Made by a program: the position numbers and the translations under genes
Assembly (NCBI GenBank): GCA_965112735.1
Contig: OZ218956.1
Span: 1,674,001-1,738,000, forward strand
Length of the DNA: 64,000 bases
Direction of reading: 5' to 3'
Source of the DNA: Phaeosaccion multiseriatum
Taxonomy: Eukaryota; Protista; Ochrophyta, other classes
The notes under the pieces: model-generated
Told to the model about the DNA's origin: nothing
The model's input: the letters and a program-made list of their open reading frames with translations, nothing else
The model's database searches: none
Shown here: in pieces, positions 16,052 to 41,200 of the stretch
How positions within the stretch are numbered: the first letter of the stretch is position 1
Layout: every line of letters begins with the position of its first letter

Positions 16052-19000
16052 CGACCACAGGCGCGGTACCAACATAGTGACAGTGAAAGGAGGTGGGTAG
16101 GACCAGAGACAGCAGTCAAATTAGGCAGAGCAAGCACAAGAGGGGCAGCAACAGGAGAAGCTGCCCCCAGAGAGCAGCAGCGGGTCGTCAGGGGCGGCGA
16201 AGGGGGTTCAAGGGCGGGGAGGCCTGTGGCATCCTCCCCCGTCGACCGCCCCAATCAGAATGCACAGTCTCGCCGCTCTCTGCTGAGAGGAGTGGCGGAG
16301 GCCTCTGCCCTGAGCGCCTTTGCTGTGGCGATAACCGCGTCTGCCGGGTTGGCTTTGGATGATGCCACGGGGTCCATCGCACGTAAGGCAACCGTTTTTA
16401 ATCATGTCTGACATGTTGTGGGAGAGGCCGAGGAGGGGGGGGGGGCGCTGGCCCCGGGGGCGCAGGCCGCGAGGGAGGCCAGGCCTGCCTCCGGTGCTTG
16501 GTAAGGGCAAGAAGTGTTCGTCGTTCTCTCCTTTCCCTGTAACTGTTGTCGTTTCCCTCTGTTGCTAACGAGGATCACTTCGCCCTGTTGGGGCTCTTCT
16601 TCCCGTCCCTGGTGTTCTGCCCCCTCTCCCACCTCGTTCGCTCACTCACTCACTCACTGGCTCACTCTACTCATTCCTGTGTAACTTCTTCTGGTGTTCA
16701 GAAGTATCTGACGAAAACGATCTGGTATGGACCTCCAAAGCTGACATCTTGGGGCGTGTTCGTGCCGGCACCAGCGAGGGCAAGCCTTCACCCAAGAAGA
16801 ATACGGCCTACAGCCCCCGCTTTGTGGCCTACCTGGCCAGGTCAGTCAGAAGGAGGAGGAAGAAGAGGAGGCGGAGGAGGAGGAGGAGGAGGAGGAGGAG
16901 GAGGAGGAGGAGGAGGAGGAGGAGGAGGAGGAGGAGGAGGAGGAGGAGGAGGAGGAGGAGGAGGAGGAGGAGGAGAAGGAGGAGGAGGAGGAGGAGGAGG
17001 AGGAGGAGGAGGAGGAGGAGGAGGAGGAGGAGGAGGGAGAGGAGGAGGGAGAGGGGAATAGGGGAGGGGGGAGCAAGGCGAATTGGTTGTGTTGGTTTTG
17101 TGCTTCTCCATGCTGTCTTTGTCTTGCCATGATAGACACCCTGATGATACCATGGTACTCCGAAGCAAACAGTCAAAGAAGAGGGGGTGAAGGAAGAGGC
17201 CATGCCTATGTAATGCACTGCGCTGTCGCTTCTCTTACCTGCCCCGTTCGACTGCTTGCTTGGCGCAGGTTCCTCATCAACTTTGACCCTGCGCTGGCGG
17301 TGCTGTGGGACCGGGAGGGCAGCGCGTTGTCCTTGAAACTCACCGCGACGCAGGTGAAGATGGAGAAAGCGGGAGGAGGGAGTGGGGACTGACCAAGTTG
17401 GACTGTGTTCGACTTTGTTCGACTTCGTGTATATGTTGTGTGTGTGTGAGAGTGTGTGTGTGTGTGTGGTGTGTGCGTGTGTGTCGGGGGGACGTATGTG
17501 TGCGTGTGTGTGTCCTACTTTCGTGCAGATCCACTAACATGGATTCATGAGCATCCTCGTCTCACGCTGTCTTGTCCGTTCGTCCCTCCCTGCCTGCCTC
17601 CGTCCTCCCCTCCCTCCCTCCCTTCGAAAGGTGGAAGAGAAGCGCAGGAGGCAATTCGCGGAACTAGCGCAGGCCGTGGAAGTGGGGCTGCTGGACTTCC
17701 AGGACAAGACAGGGGTGAACGCGCTCTACTCCCTGCTGCGCTCTCGCTACGTGAGGGACCTGGAGGCCGAACAGCAGTTGGTGATTCTCTTTACACTCAT
17801 CAAGGGCGAGCTCCAGCCCTCCGACAAGATCCTTCGGAGCCTCGGAGAGATTGACAACGCCTCGGTAGACACGGTGCAGGTGGTTGTGAGCGGCTCAGGC
17901 TACACAGGCAGGGTGCCTGTAGTGACCATCACCCCCCCGGCAGCCCGTCAGTACCGGCCAAACTCGAATACCCGACAAGACAGGGATATTTCGAATCGTG
18001 CGGTGGCCGTGGCGCGCATGAGAGAGACAGGAGAGATTGGCGAGTTACGTCTAACGAGGGGAGAAGGCTATGTGTTTGACACCAAGACCAGACCCATTGT
18101 GCGGATATCCCCACCGCCCCCACCCACAATGCGGGGAGGAGGGCAGGGGAAGGCCGTGTCAGCGCAAGGAGAAGGGCCGATTGGGAAAGTGGGGGTGCAG
18201 GCGCAGGCGGAGGTGGTGCTGGGGAAAGGGGGAGAGCTTCAGGGGCTGGTGTTGACCAACAGGGGCTCTGGGTACGACTCGCTCCACCCCATTACTGTCG
18301 AAGTGGTGGGGGTGACTGCCGAAGACGAAACGGGTGTAGAGTCTGCCACACAGAGCAGCAGCAGCAGCAGCAGCAGTGGCACCACATTGGCAGCAGGAGG
18401 TGCGGCGTCGTCCTCCGATGCCGCGAAGGCAAATGCCATCGATGCAGCGGCTGTGGCCTCCGCTGGCGCCGTTGGCAGCGAGCTGGGTGAGGTACCCGTC
18501 GGCGTGGAGGTGGAGGCCTTTCTCAATAGAATAGTGGACTGCGTGGATGTACTGGACCCCGGGTCGGGCTACGCGTCTGCCGCTCCCGTGGACGTGACCA
18601 TCGAGTCTCCGGCGGAGTGCGGGGCTCTCGCTGGTGCTGGTGGATCGGACGGCGAAGGCAACTCCGGTCAAAGTACGGCCTTTGCGGTGGCGTTTCTGCG
18701 ACGTAACGGTGCGGCAGGCGCAGATACCAAGAGGACCGCAGGCCGGCCGCTGCCGTCGTCCTCCTTCTCCGCCCAACTCACTCAGCTTTTGCCTCGCACG
18801 CTGGTCAACACCGTCACCATTGACGAGGACGGATACTTTACCTCTTTGGAGCTGGACGACGCTCTCCCCGCCCCAGTGGGCTCGTCCATGCCGTACGACC
18901 CTGTGTTTGGCCCCATTGGCCGCTCTCCTCTGGAAAGGGAGACAGAGCTGAGCGGTAGGCAGTACCTCTCCCTTGCTGCGGCAGGAGCGGCTTGTAACGG

Positions 19001-19307
19001 CATCGTGCGGCTCGTGCTTCATCCTGTAGATCTCGTCAAGACGCGGGTTCAGGCCAGCAGGGAGGATGAGAAGCCGGGTCTGCTCAAGGCCGCTCTCGAA
19101 CTCATGGACGAGCCGGGCTGGCAGCTGCTGCGAGGGGTGGAGGTGTCCATCATACTTGGGCTGCTGCTGGGCGGTCTTGGCTTTGGCTGCAACGAGCTCT
19201 TTCGCAGGAAGCTGTGTGAGCTGGCGGGACCCGATACTGCGCTGGCCTACCAAGTTCCGATTATCCTGCTGGCCAGCGGCGCCTCACAGGTAAGAGGAAG
19301 GCGAGCA

Positions 19308-19344
<37 letters not shown>

Positions 19345-20391
19345 CTACAGGAGAGAAAAACAATGGTGGCGGGGAGGGGGGGGGGAGTCAGGGATACACC
19401 CCGTCCTCTGAGTATTGCACAGACTTTTGTCTTTCTCTGGGTCTACGAGACTTACTTTGTTAGTTTTGGGGGTGGGCCCGATTGGAAAGAGGGAGAGACA
19501 GAGCGGCTTTCTGTGCCCTCTCTTGTTCTTCTCTCTCTCCTTCCCCAGAGAACCACGAGGGTTTGCACTACCGTATGCTTCCACCCCCCTCCCCCGCCCC
19601 CGCATCAGTTGAAGCCTCGCCTCACTTTCGAAGACTTCACTTCCTCCCTCTCTCCCTCCATCCATCCCTCCCTATCTCTCTTCCTTCCCATCCCATCCCT
19701 CCCTCCGTCTGTCCCTCCCTCTCTTCCCTCCCATCCCCCCGTCCCTCCGTCCGTCCCTCCCTCAATTCCCTCCCATCCGTCCCTCCCTCCCTCCCTCCCT
19801 CCCTCCCTCCCTCCCTCCCTCCCTCCCTCCCTCCCTCCCCTTCTTCTCTTCACTCTCATCCCTCCCTCCCTCCCTTTCTTCCCTTCCATCCGTCCTTCCC
19901 TCTCCTCCCTCCGTCCCTCCCTCCCCTCCCCCCCCCCCTTCCCCCCTCCCTCTCCTATCTACCTTCCTCTCTCCTTCCTTCTCGTCGTGCATCTCTGCTC
20001 TCAGGTCATCAACTCTTTCGTGGTGTGCCCCTTTGAGTCCGTGAGAATTCGAGTCGTCACAGGCCCCGGCAACTTCAAACTAGGTCAGTTGTTGATAGTC
20101 GCCTGTCGCCTGTTTTAGCCAGCACAAAGCGCGGACACACAACTGCGTGCTCGCTTGGCCTTGGCCTTTATTTCTGCTCGAGAGAGGGCGTGCTTTGCTG
20201 CTGCAAAACCAAAACCAAAAACAAAAACAAAAACAAAACCAGCACGTTCCCTCTCTCCCTCTCTCTCTCACTCCGTCGCTGGAATGGCCTCTCTTTCCAC
20301 ATTCTCTCTCCCTCACTCTGCCTCTTCGTTCCTCTCCCTTGTCTGTCTCTCTGTCTGTCCTTGTTCTATTTACTCTCCTACGATCCGGAAA

Positions 20392-20446
<55 letters not shown>

Positions 20447-20450
20447 ATAC

Positions 20451-20486
<36 letters not shown>

Positions 20487-20547
20487 TAACTACTACTACT
20501 CCTTCTACTCCTGCTTCTCTACTACTACTACTATACTACTACTACTA

Positions 20548-20590
<43 letters not shown>

Positions 20591-21227
20591 CACGCCCGAA
20601 AACAATATAGGGTCTTTCATCCCCGAACTGGGCCTCCTCGCTGAGGAGCGAGGCGGCTTTTGGGGGCTGTATTCCGGCATCCTCACCCTTCTCTCCCGAG
20701 AGCTCCCCTTCGTAATGGCCAAGTTCCTCGTGTTCGAGCTCAGTCGGGACTTTGTCGTCTCCCTGCTTCCCTCCGTGCAAGAGGAGGTGCTCAGTAACCT
20801 GCTCTTGTCGCTCTTTTGCGGCATGGCGGCGGGGGTGGCGGGAGCCGTGGTGTCAAATCCCGCTGACTCCATTCTCACGAGACTTAACCTTGTGGATCCC
20901 GCCCCTGCTAACGCCGTGGAGACTAGCGGTGCAGGGGGTGGTGGTGGTCGTGGTGGCAGCAAGAAGAGCAGCAAGGAGAGCAGCAGCACGGAGGTGAAGA
21001 AGCAGGTCGACTGGAAGCAGGTGGTGAAGGAGATGAAGTCCGAGCCGGGCGGTTACAAAAACCTCTTTGCCGGGCTGGTGGGGCGCAGTGCCTTCTTTTC
21101 CACGGCCATCGCCGCCCAGTTCCTTCTGTTTGATGTGTTCAAGAACCTGTTTGGAGTGGCTCCGGACGACTTGACGGCCATATTGGATGTGTTTGCCGAT
21201 AAGCTGAGCTACTACACGGATTATTGA
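15629..21227 (+). CDS. Mitochondrial carrier family (SLC25, phosphate-carrier-like) protein with long N-terminal extension, likely plastid-targeted (exons ~15629-16382, 16702-16840, 17269-17353, 17631-19289, 20005-20083, 20611-21227)
   Basis: Three carrier signatures HPVDLVKTRVQ, CPFESVRIR, NPADSILTRLN plus RELPFVMAKF; hydrophobic segment ending VVQ-AF; four GSGY/GEGY repeats; junctions in phase. Confidence 0.85.
20392..20590. repeat. (ACT)n intronic microsatellite
   Basis: Directly visible. Confidence 0.95.
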
Positions 21228-22210
21228 GCAAGCACCGCTACAGAGGGAGGGAGGGACGAAGAGGAGGAAGAGGGCGAATCGAGAATATATCAACAGAAGT
21301 TTGGATTTCTCCTTCCTGCCCACTTTCTGGGGGGTGGGAACGGAAGCACCAGACCGGCAGGATCGAGCGAGGGTCGAGGTAAAGGAAGCGGAAGCGAGGT
21401 ATTGTCCATCCCAAATCGGATGGCGGACAAAAAGAGCAGAGGGCCGAAGTCAGAAGCACCAGGGGAAGAAGCCCAGCTGCTTCGAGCAGCAGGGTTTGGC
21501 CAGAGCATCAAGTAAGTGTGTCCACGAACGCTCGATAGTAGGAGGGGAGAGGAGAGGTGGACGTGGACTGGCGGCATCTGCACAGAGCGAGTCCGCTATG
21601 CTTACCCACCCCAAACAAACTGCCATGCCATCCACACCAGGGCCTTACTCGGCGGCAGGACACCACCTCTCCCTTCTATATATATATATAGAAAAAATAT
21701 ATATAAACAGTATATAAAAAAAAGGATAGACAGAGGAGTTATGGCCTCGCAGGGAGCGGCGCAGCGAGGAGCCTAGAGTAGATGGAGGTGCTTTAGAAGT
21801 CCAAGCCGAAGGAGAATCAGGAGGGACGAGGCAGCCTGGAAAGGAAGGGATGAGGCAGCCTGGGTGTGGTGTTGCAATGCTGGCTTCACTCCCCCCCAGA
21901 CACAATTCTGGCTTGCGACCAAGAGAGTGCGGCGAGTACTAACCTACAAGAAGGCGTACGTGCCTCCAGACAAGGTTGGAGTTTGAGTTATGTTTGTGAT
22001 GAGAGCCATCATGTCTGCCTCTGGGGGTTTTATTTTTATATTGACTACACGTAGTAAAAGTATATGTAAGAAAATGATAGGAAAGGATAAGGCGTTGTTC
22101 TCTGGCCAGCACGGCAGCCTTTCTCTAAAAAGTATCGGCACGGCAGCCTTTCTCTAAGAAGTATCGGCAAGCTGTGAGCCTTCATGCTGCCAGGACGCAG
22201 CTTTTAACAA

Positions 22211-33946
<11,736 letters not shown>

Positions 33947-34077
33947 GGGGGAAGGAGGGAAGGTGACTGTCTAAGCCAAACAAAGATAGCCAGACATGGG
34001 GGAAGGAGGGAAGGTGACTGTGGTGTAAGCCAAACAAACAGACAAAAAAAAAAAAAAAAATCTGTAACCGTCCCCCA

Positions 34078-34125
<48 letters not shown>

Positions 34126-35389
34126 CATATATATATATATATATATATGTACATACATACATATACACTCAAATTGTTTCACTGTTTGTATGCATTGCGT
34201 ACTAACTCCGTCGTGCGGGTTTGAGAGAGGGATTTATCACATCACTCACTCTGTCCCGCCCCTCTTGTTTTCAGTTTGCACTTTGCAGTTTTTTTGGGGG
34301 TTGATTGCTACAACGGAACAGTGTCTGAAGACTCAGGAGGACCGCCTTGCCCTGGCTTCCACTCATTGTTGCGGTGACATCGGTCTCCTTCGTTGCTACA
34401 TGATTTTTTCTTCTTTTTTCCACGTCTTTCTCTCTGTGATTTCCTGGGAACTTTGTCCCTGAGGTCGTAGTCGTGCACCCCTCCGACTCGTCAATCCTCC
34501 CCAGCGGAACAAAAGTTGATACCAGCCAGAGCCCTGTGTCGAATCGATCTTTCGTGCCGGGCCCTCGGGAGAGCGCCACTGCCAATCGCCTCCGTATGCC
34601 ACAAACAGCTCGCGCATAAGCCCTCATGTCCAGGTGTTCGTTGGCGACCTGTCATCCCCTGCGTCATTTGTGGGCCGTGTGCTGCCCTTGCTGGGGCACG
34701 AGTCAGATCAGCCCCCAAAGGCTGCCCGCGCCCCCCCCCCCCCCCCCGCAAATCACCTCCCCCGACCCAAGAGGTGCCTCTGGAGTCATTGACGCAGACA
34801 GGCACTCGACCCCCCACTCAGTAGGATGGCTTTACCAAGTGCCGTCAACACACGCCGCAAAAAGTCAGTACGAGTAGCTGCAGCAGGTGCTGCAACGCTA
34901 AAGTCGCCTCCAGAAACAATCAAGCCCTTGGCGCATGCGCACCTATGTACACGCTATTCGGTGCGAGGGGTTTGTGACGGTGCGGTGTCAAGAAACACAC
35001 TGCAGAGCAAGGCGTGAGGTGGGCGGTGTGCGGGCCGCCCTCGACGGATGCGAGGCCAAGCCAAGCCAAGGCAAGCCGGCGGGCAGGCGGGCTCTGGTCA
35101 AGGCTGGTAGAGAGCCTCATCCGTATCAGGAGCGTTGATACACGACTAAGGCTTGGCGGAGCACTTGGCTGCTGAGCAGTGGTGTCGACCTCCTTGCACA
35201 AAGCATACCCGCAAAAAAAAGAGGCTTGTCCTCCGAAGCCACACCGGCTGAAACGGCTGTCCCAGAGCTGCTGCTCTCTGGAAACCATTGATTGATGGAA
35301 GATATTGCTGCCCTCGCCCCTGTCCCCTCTCGTCTCCTCCCCCCTCCTTGGGAGTCCTGCAGCTCATTGCTCCCCTCTCTCCTCTCTCC

Positions 35390-37901
35390 TCAGCCTACCA
35401 CTGCTCTCTGCAGCTTCATCGTCTCTTCGTACACTACAAAGGTAACGGCCGAGGCAGGTGCGGCGCGGAGGGCGTAGGGAGCGCAGCCCTTAAAGAAGCC
35501 TCGCATCCCCTCCCGCTGCCACATAACCCTCACACACTGCCCCATGCTGTGGTACTGCTGCTGTCCGGCGGCCAGGCCCGCCGCTGTGAATCTCTGCTGC
35601 AGCCTAGACTTGACCACCTTCGGTTGCGCAGAGTAGAGGAGGAGAAACATAGGATATTTTTTGTCGGTTCGGTCGGGTCGGGTCGGTTCGGTGGGAGGGG
35701 AGGGGAAAGCAGGAGGGGAGAAGAGGAACGCAAAAGTGAAGCGAGCGGAAGAGAGCGAGGGGGCCGGCTCGTAAGAAGCAGCAGCAGTAGGGGTATGGGT
35801 CGTGCGCAAGTACAGCATGTGGGTACATGCTGTGAGTGGATTGCCTTTCTCCTACGCAGCGGAGGGAGTCTCTTGGAGCGCCGAACACTGAAACAAACTG
35901 ACAAGCGAACCAACCTGGCATGGATATGTCACCAGGCTGGCGAAGATCTTCGACGCTCCACCCATGGCCAGAGACTCGTAAGCAGCCATCGCGCGGGGCG
36001 TTTGATGCTGCTGCTCCTGCTCGGTGGTGGTGGGGGGCAGGATATCGGCCAGTCTGTTTCCCCAAGGTCGTGTCTTGAGCCATTCGTACACGGTGAATTG
36101 CAAGGCGCCTTGGCTGGTCAGGAACAACGCTGGACCCACTCCCTGGTGTAGAGTGACGTGGACACCACCATTGAAGGAAGGAAAGGTTGGTCTCAGTTCG
36201 TTAGGGGAATAGCAATGAACAAACTGATTGGCGGTCGTAGAAGGCAGGACATGGCGCTGCCACGGCACAGGCTGCGTCAGTATTCAGCACCTTTCGCAGC
36301 ACAAACGGACGTGTGTGTGTGTGTGCGCGCGTGTCGGGGTATGTGTGTGCTTGTGTGTGCGTGTGAGAGAGCGTGTAACTGGTGCCCCACATTGTTCCGC
36401 CTCACCTTGTACAGCGCCAAAGGCCCCTCCTCCCGGAGAATAGTCACAAGCGCGTTGACAAAGCTCGAGTAGGGCTTCTGCCGATGGCCAATCACAGCAG
36501 CACCACCCCCACCCACCCCGGTACTCTCTCCTCCTGCAGTAGCGGCATCTATCGCCTTGTTCTGTAACTGTAGCCTCGTCTTGATGAGCCAGATAGGGTT
36601 GGTAAGACACACCATCACCGTACCCGCCATTATCCCCGCACCTGTGAGGTTTTGTACGCAGAACACGAGACACAGGGTGGATGAAGAAACGAGAGAGGAA
36701 TGGAGGAAGTGCTGCCTCTCAATCGGTCATTCAGTGTCACCTTCCCTTTCTCCCTTCCTTCCTTCCTTCGTTCGTTCCAACCCTGGTCTTCTCTTCTCGC
36801 ATGCCTCCCTTGCCCACACCTCGCGCCTAAAGCGTCCTTCTCTCGTCCTTTTACATACGCGTACGCGGTCAGGCAAGCCTGGATGCGTGTTGTGAACGCT
36901 CACAACAGATACCACCACCACACAAACACACACATATACACACGCTCACGCACACACACGCGCGCTGTGCTGTCTCTGACACATTTCGCACGCACCCAGG
37001 TGATGCAGAGAGCCTAGGCGGGGACTCGACTTGGCGTCACTTCCGCTACCGCTGGCCCCCATTTCGGAGTCAGATTTGTCACTCCCCAGCCCCCCTCTCA
37101 TGAAGGTCTTGCACTTTTCGTAGAAGAAGAAGTACCCGCCCCAGGACACGCCATTGCCGATTAGGGACGGACCTAAGCCCTTGAGAAGGAGCAAATGGGG
37201 CGGGGAGGGAGCGGGGGGGGGGGGAGAAGAGAAACGTGGGAGCATTAGGACTCCCACGTCAGGCAGTGGGAGGAGCGGGAAGAACACCAGAAATCACGTT
37301 TCAATTTGCGGAAGGCGGTGGGGGGGTGTCTTCGTGGTCTCGAAAATCCAATCAACAAGTGCCCCCCCGCTCGCCCTCCTTTGTCGGTTCATTGAGAGGC
37401 GGGCCACCTGGTATAGGGCTCTCCATCCCTCCTTCGCGACAATCTCCCGGAAGGCTCCCCGCAGGGAGCCATAGGGGGTGGGGCCATGCTCAAACACCTG
37501 TGGGAAGGAGATGTGCATGTGTCATGTGTCATATCGAGCAGCACAGCAGGAGGTGGGCATGTGTCACCAAGGCCGTGAACAGCAGACCGAGGGCGTGTGG
37601 GGGGGGTGCAGCGGCGCCACAATTCAGTACTTTCTCCTCTGCGCCTTATCCTTACTCCGCCCTCCCTCCTACTGTAGAGCGGCACCTGATATCTCGTCTT
37701 GACGAGGTCGAGAGGGTACAGCGCCGCCGTGGTCACACATCCGGCGATAGTCCCGGCCACTAAATGGTGGTCCGTGGAACTGGAAAAGCGCTCCCTCCGT
37801 GTCTGCGTTCTTGATGAGGAGGAAATGCCCAGAGGGGGCGCGGAAGATGGTGATGCTGGCGGTGGTGCTGGAGGTGGTGGCGAGGCTACTTGTACAGCCA
37901 T
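35390..37901 (-). CDS. SLC25A32: Mitochondrial folate/FAD carrier, SLC25A32/FLX1-like (exons 37901-37686, 37497-37408, 37179-36996, 36641-36406, 36142-35915, 35617-35390)
   Basis: YPLDLVKTRYQ, GLGPSLIGNGVSWGGYFFFYE, TNPIWLIKTRLQLQ, SQGALQFTVYEWLK, SKIFASLVTYPCQVVKSRLQQR. Confidence 0.9.
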
Positions 37902-38232
37902 CCCCGGATGAGATGTGGGTAAACAAATAGCTAGCACCTTCGGCTGCGGTTCCTTCTATAAGGCCATACTCTAGCTTCGCTCCTTTGATAAGAAAGGGAG
38001 AGAGAGGGCCGCAAAGAGACAGAGGGTTATGGTAGTGAATATGGTTGTTCGATCGCCACCCTGTGACACCCCTGTCTCGCACAATATTTCACGTGCAATA
38101 TTTCTCATAATAGTTGCCTCTTCTCGTCCTCGTGGCGCACTGAGGTCTTAGAGATGACATCTAGCAGCCTGAAGTAATGGTCTTCCAACAAGATAGAAAT
38201 CAATACGAGAAAAACACGAAAGAAAGAGGAAG

Positions 38233-41200
38233 ATGATGGGGGGAAGAGGGCCAGGACGGCCTCGTCTTGCTCGGAAAAGACGCTTCCCCGGGGCGGCCGC
38301 GGGAGGTAGAGGGGGAAGAGGGGGTAGAGGAAGAGGAGGAGGAGCGGCTCTTCCAGGCGAGGTGAAGCAAAGCACTTCGAAAAACAAGAGCATCGTCAGA
38401 GAGGGAGCATCGGATGAAGCGCTCTTCCGAGCCCTGTCCAAGCACGACACTGAGCTGGCTGCTGCTCTTAAGGCGGCGGAGAGCAGGCTGGAAGGGAGTC
38501 AGCAATACATGCGGGATGCAGAGGCGGAGCTCGGGAGGCTGCGGGGGCAGGAGCAGAAGGTGAAGGAGGAGCTCGTGGGCATGTACAACGCGCTGGTCAA
38601 CCTACAGATGGAGATTAAGAAAGACGCGGAGATGCAGCAGGCCCAGGCACAGGCGGAGGCAGAGGCTGCCGCTGCTACTGCCATCGTCGACGCTGGGGAG
38701 GGCGTACCGAATGAAGGAGGCGGTGGCGCTGGTGCTGCGGGGATTGTCGATAGTGAAGCTGGAGAAGCCGCAGCTCCGCTTGGGCGAAAGAATGATGATG
38801 ACGATGATGATGATGATGATGAGGGTGATGAGGGTGCTCACTCCTTGGGCGGACTACGGACTGCGGACCTACCCTCAGGAGAAGGAAAAGACAAAGATGC
38901 ATCATCGACACCCAGACGGAGGGGCAGTGGAGAGGCAAATCACACCGGGGGCGAGGACCACGTTGAGGCCTCCAGCACGAGTAGATTACAGGATCAGCAG
39001 GCTCAGAGGCGAGGTGGGGCCCCGCTTGCAGGTGGGGGCCAAACTCAGTTTGAGAATGGCCAGTCCGTTACGGCGGCGTCTTCCACTGGGGGTAGAGCTA
39101 CGCCCGAACCTCCTGCTGCTGTGGAATGTGTTGAGAGGCCGTGTGCAGGCTTGGAGCACCTCCTTCTCAGCCGAGGAGCGCTGTTCTGTCTGTCTCCTCC
39201 ACCTCTCCCAACAGCAGTTGGTGATACAGCAGATAGCGCCGCAGTATCCCTGTCTGACTACGTGCGCATGCATCAACTGGGTGGGTGGGCCGCAGGGGAG
39301 TGGGGCGGGGCCGGCGCCTGCTTGCAGCTGGAGGTTGCCGTGGAGGAGCTCGTCACAGCACTGGGGCCCACCGCAGACGGTCCACAGCTCCACGTCGGCG
39401 AGTTGGTGCAGTCGGGGGCGCTGCTTTGCCGTCGTCTTGGTGACAGTGGTGGCGTTATTGATGACGGTGTGGATGGTAGTGGGGCCGCTGGAGTCAGCGA
39501 TGGGATCAGGGAGGCCACCAGTTGGCAGGCAGAGGAGGAGAAGGATGACGAAGGTGGGGCCAAGAGCATTTCCGGTGAAGAGGAGGTCAGAGACAGCATG
39601 CAGGCTGAGGCAATGCCGTCACCACCACGACCACCATCAGTGGTAGCACTTGGTGACGTGAATGGTATCGTGTGCCCGTTTGAGCTGGACGGCGTGTGTA
39701 ACGACCATAGCTGCAGCTACAGTCACCTGGGGAAGAAGGAGCTGCTTCCTAGTGCAGGGATGGCGGCAGGGATAGGGTGCACCGACACTGACAAGAGAGG
39801 AGGCAGCGCTCTGATGAGAGAGGAAGGAAGGGAGTTACACGCTTCTTTGGAACAGCGGTGGTACAAGCGAATGGAAGATATCTACACTCGGAAACAGGGC
39901 ACAGGGCTTCCTCCCCTACAGCTTGACCCAATCGTGCGTAATGTCGACCGTCACCCGTACCGAGGGGGAGGTGGGAAGAAGAGATCCAAGAAGGTGACCG
40001 AATGGGGTGGGGGAAGTATGCAACAGAGCATGCGGGAAGGGGACAAGCAAGGACAGCAGCGGCGAGAGGGCCGTAGTGAAGGTGGTGGCGATGTAGAAGA
40101 AGGAGGAGGTGGAGGAGGCTGTAGCTCTGGCGCAGGCCCGGTGGTGGAACTAGGCGGACTCAGTCCGTCTTCGCCTGATGGTGGTGTTGATACGGAGGGA
40201 CAGGCAACTTCCTTGTCCGGCGAGAGTGGTGGCGGTGGAGCTGTGGAAAGTGGAGTGCCTGGGGACGAAGATGAGGGTGAGAGCACAAGCTTCATTCAGC
40301 TCCCGCGAAGCTATGCTAGCCACGACAGTGAAGAGGAAAAGGAGGAGGAAGAAGAAGAAGAAGATGATGATGATGATGATGATGATGCAGAGGAGGGCGA
40401 GGAAGGTGAGAAGGAGGCTATTGGCATTGACGAAGGAGAGAGCGAGCATGAGGAGCACGAGGAAAGACATGTTGCAGCCTTAATGGGTGAGTCGGGACGG
40501 AGCGACGGCAGCGGAATAGAGCAACGGGGGGGGGGACGGAAGCGTTCCCATGCCCAGCAGGCAGGGACTGGGGCTGGTCATCGTGATGGTGATGTTTTCA
40601 TGGTGCGTAGTGACGATGTTGACAAGGCAGCAGCAGACGAGGAGGAGGAGGAGGAGGAGGAGGAGGAGGAGGAGAAGGAGGAGGAGGAGGTGGGCAAGAG
40701 TGCTCCGACTCTTACCGAGGTCGAAGGCACGGGCTCCGTTGCTGCTGCTGCTGCTGCTGCCGGTGCTTCTTCCCGAATAGGAGCTGTGGACGTGAGGCTG
40801 ATGGTCTCACGGCTCTGTGGAGGGATCAGGGGAGGAGGGGGGGGTGGAGGTGCAACTAGTACTTCCTTTGCCATTGCCCCTGCGACACGCACCACACACA
40901 CACGTTATTGGGACTCACCTCTGCCAAACCACGCTGGGGAAGAAGGAGGGGAGGGGGGGCGGAAGCGGCGCAGGCAGCCGCAGGAGCAAGGAGGAGAGCC
41001 TAAGGAGGAGGGCCCACGGGTACTACCGGCAGAGCGAGCAGTGCGAGGAGCAGGAAACGAGCAGCAGAAGGGCAGCACAAGTGCATTGTTAGTGTGGCAG
41101 CACTCCTCTCTGTTGTCCCCGAGGGAAGCTGCGCTGCTGGCCCAATACGTCAAGGGCGGGGCGGGGGGCGCAGATGTGGATGCGTGGCTGCTTCTGGCGC

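Noticed and set aside
18159-19253. 364-aa antisense ORF (likewise 46370-47548 and 28243-29175)
   Set aside because: Shadow or off-frame ORFs of GC-rich coding exons
34180-35380. Several ~100-aa ORFs and a TCGACCCCCC at 34806
   Set aside because: No recognisable motifs, and no partner inverted repeat or TSD was found
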